From Tubiluchus corallicola (lineage: Eukaryota > Animalia > Priapulida): a stretch of DNA of 51,443 nucleotides. Under the pieces are notes generated by a model that worked only from the letters and a program-made list of their open reading frames with translations, did no database searches and was not told where the DNA came from. The DNA is taken from assembly GCA_030141605.1 (NCBI GenBank), contig JAQGDQ010001260.1, forward strand, positions 1 through 51,443, read 5' to 3'. Shown in pieces: positions 51,409 through 51,443 of the stretch; position 1 is the stretch's first letter, and each line of letters starts with the position of its first letter. A program made the translations under genes and the position numbers.

Positions 51409-51443
51409 AAACCTACAGCACCTGGTATTCCTAGGCGGTCACC
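51409..51443 (-). rRNA. 3' end of a 5S rRNA sequence (gene, pseudogene or 5S-derived SINE head), cut by the window edge
   Basis: Minus strand GGTGACCGCCTAGGAATACCAGGTGCTGTAGGTTT matches the animal 5S 3' end (GG(A/T)GACCGCCTGGGAATACCGGGTGCTGTAGGCTT). Confidence 0.8.

Overview
AT-rich, repeat-dense animal (most likely invertebrate) genomic DNA. Most ORFs in the supplied track are artefacts of microsatellites or minisatellites. The left end is a nested transposon stack: an internally deleted RTE-type LINE (640-3258, 15-bp TSD) carries a second RTE fragment (8-bp TSD), a pogo-derived element and a Tigger-like MITE. The main finding is a spliced minus-strand gene that the ORF track misses. Five coding exons (30668-30658, 30152-29979, 28279-28148, 27381-27273, 24910-24500) have GT-AG sites and matching phases, and give a 278-aa protein with two atypical MyT1-like C2HC zinc fingers (C-x5-C-x4-N-x7-H-x5-C) and a disordered basic/acidic tail. 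Its GC-rich exons are unusually full of 9-16-bp perfect inverted repeats, including one stem that only closes after splicing. A decayed inverted paralog lies at about 12.1-14.5 kb, and an inverted pair of decayed ORFs lies between the two copies (19.7-22.8 kb). The rest contains more than 10 minisatellite arrays, hAT-type MITEs, tRNA-SINE heads, a solo LTR inside a 39-bp satellite, an RTE 3' end, and the 3' end of a 5S rRNA sequence at the window edge. All calls were made by eye without database searches.
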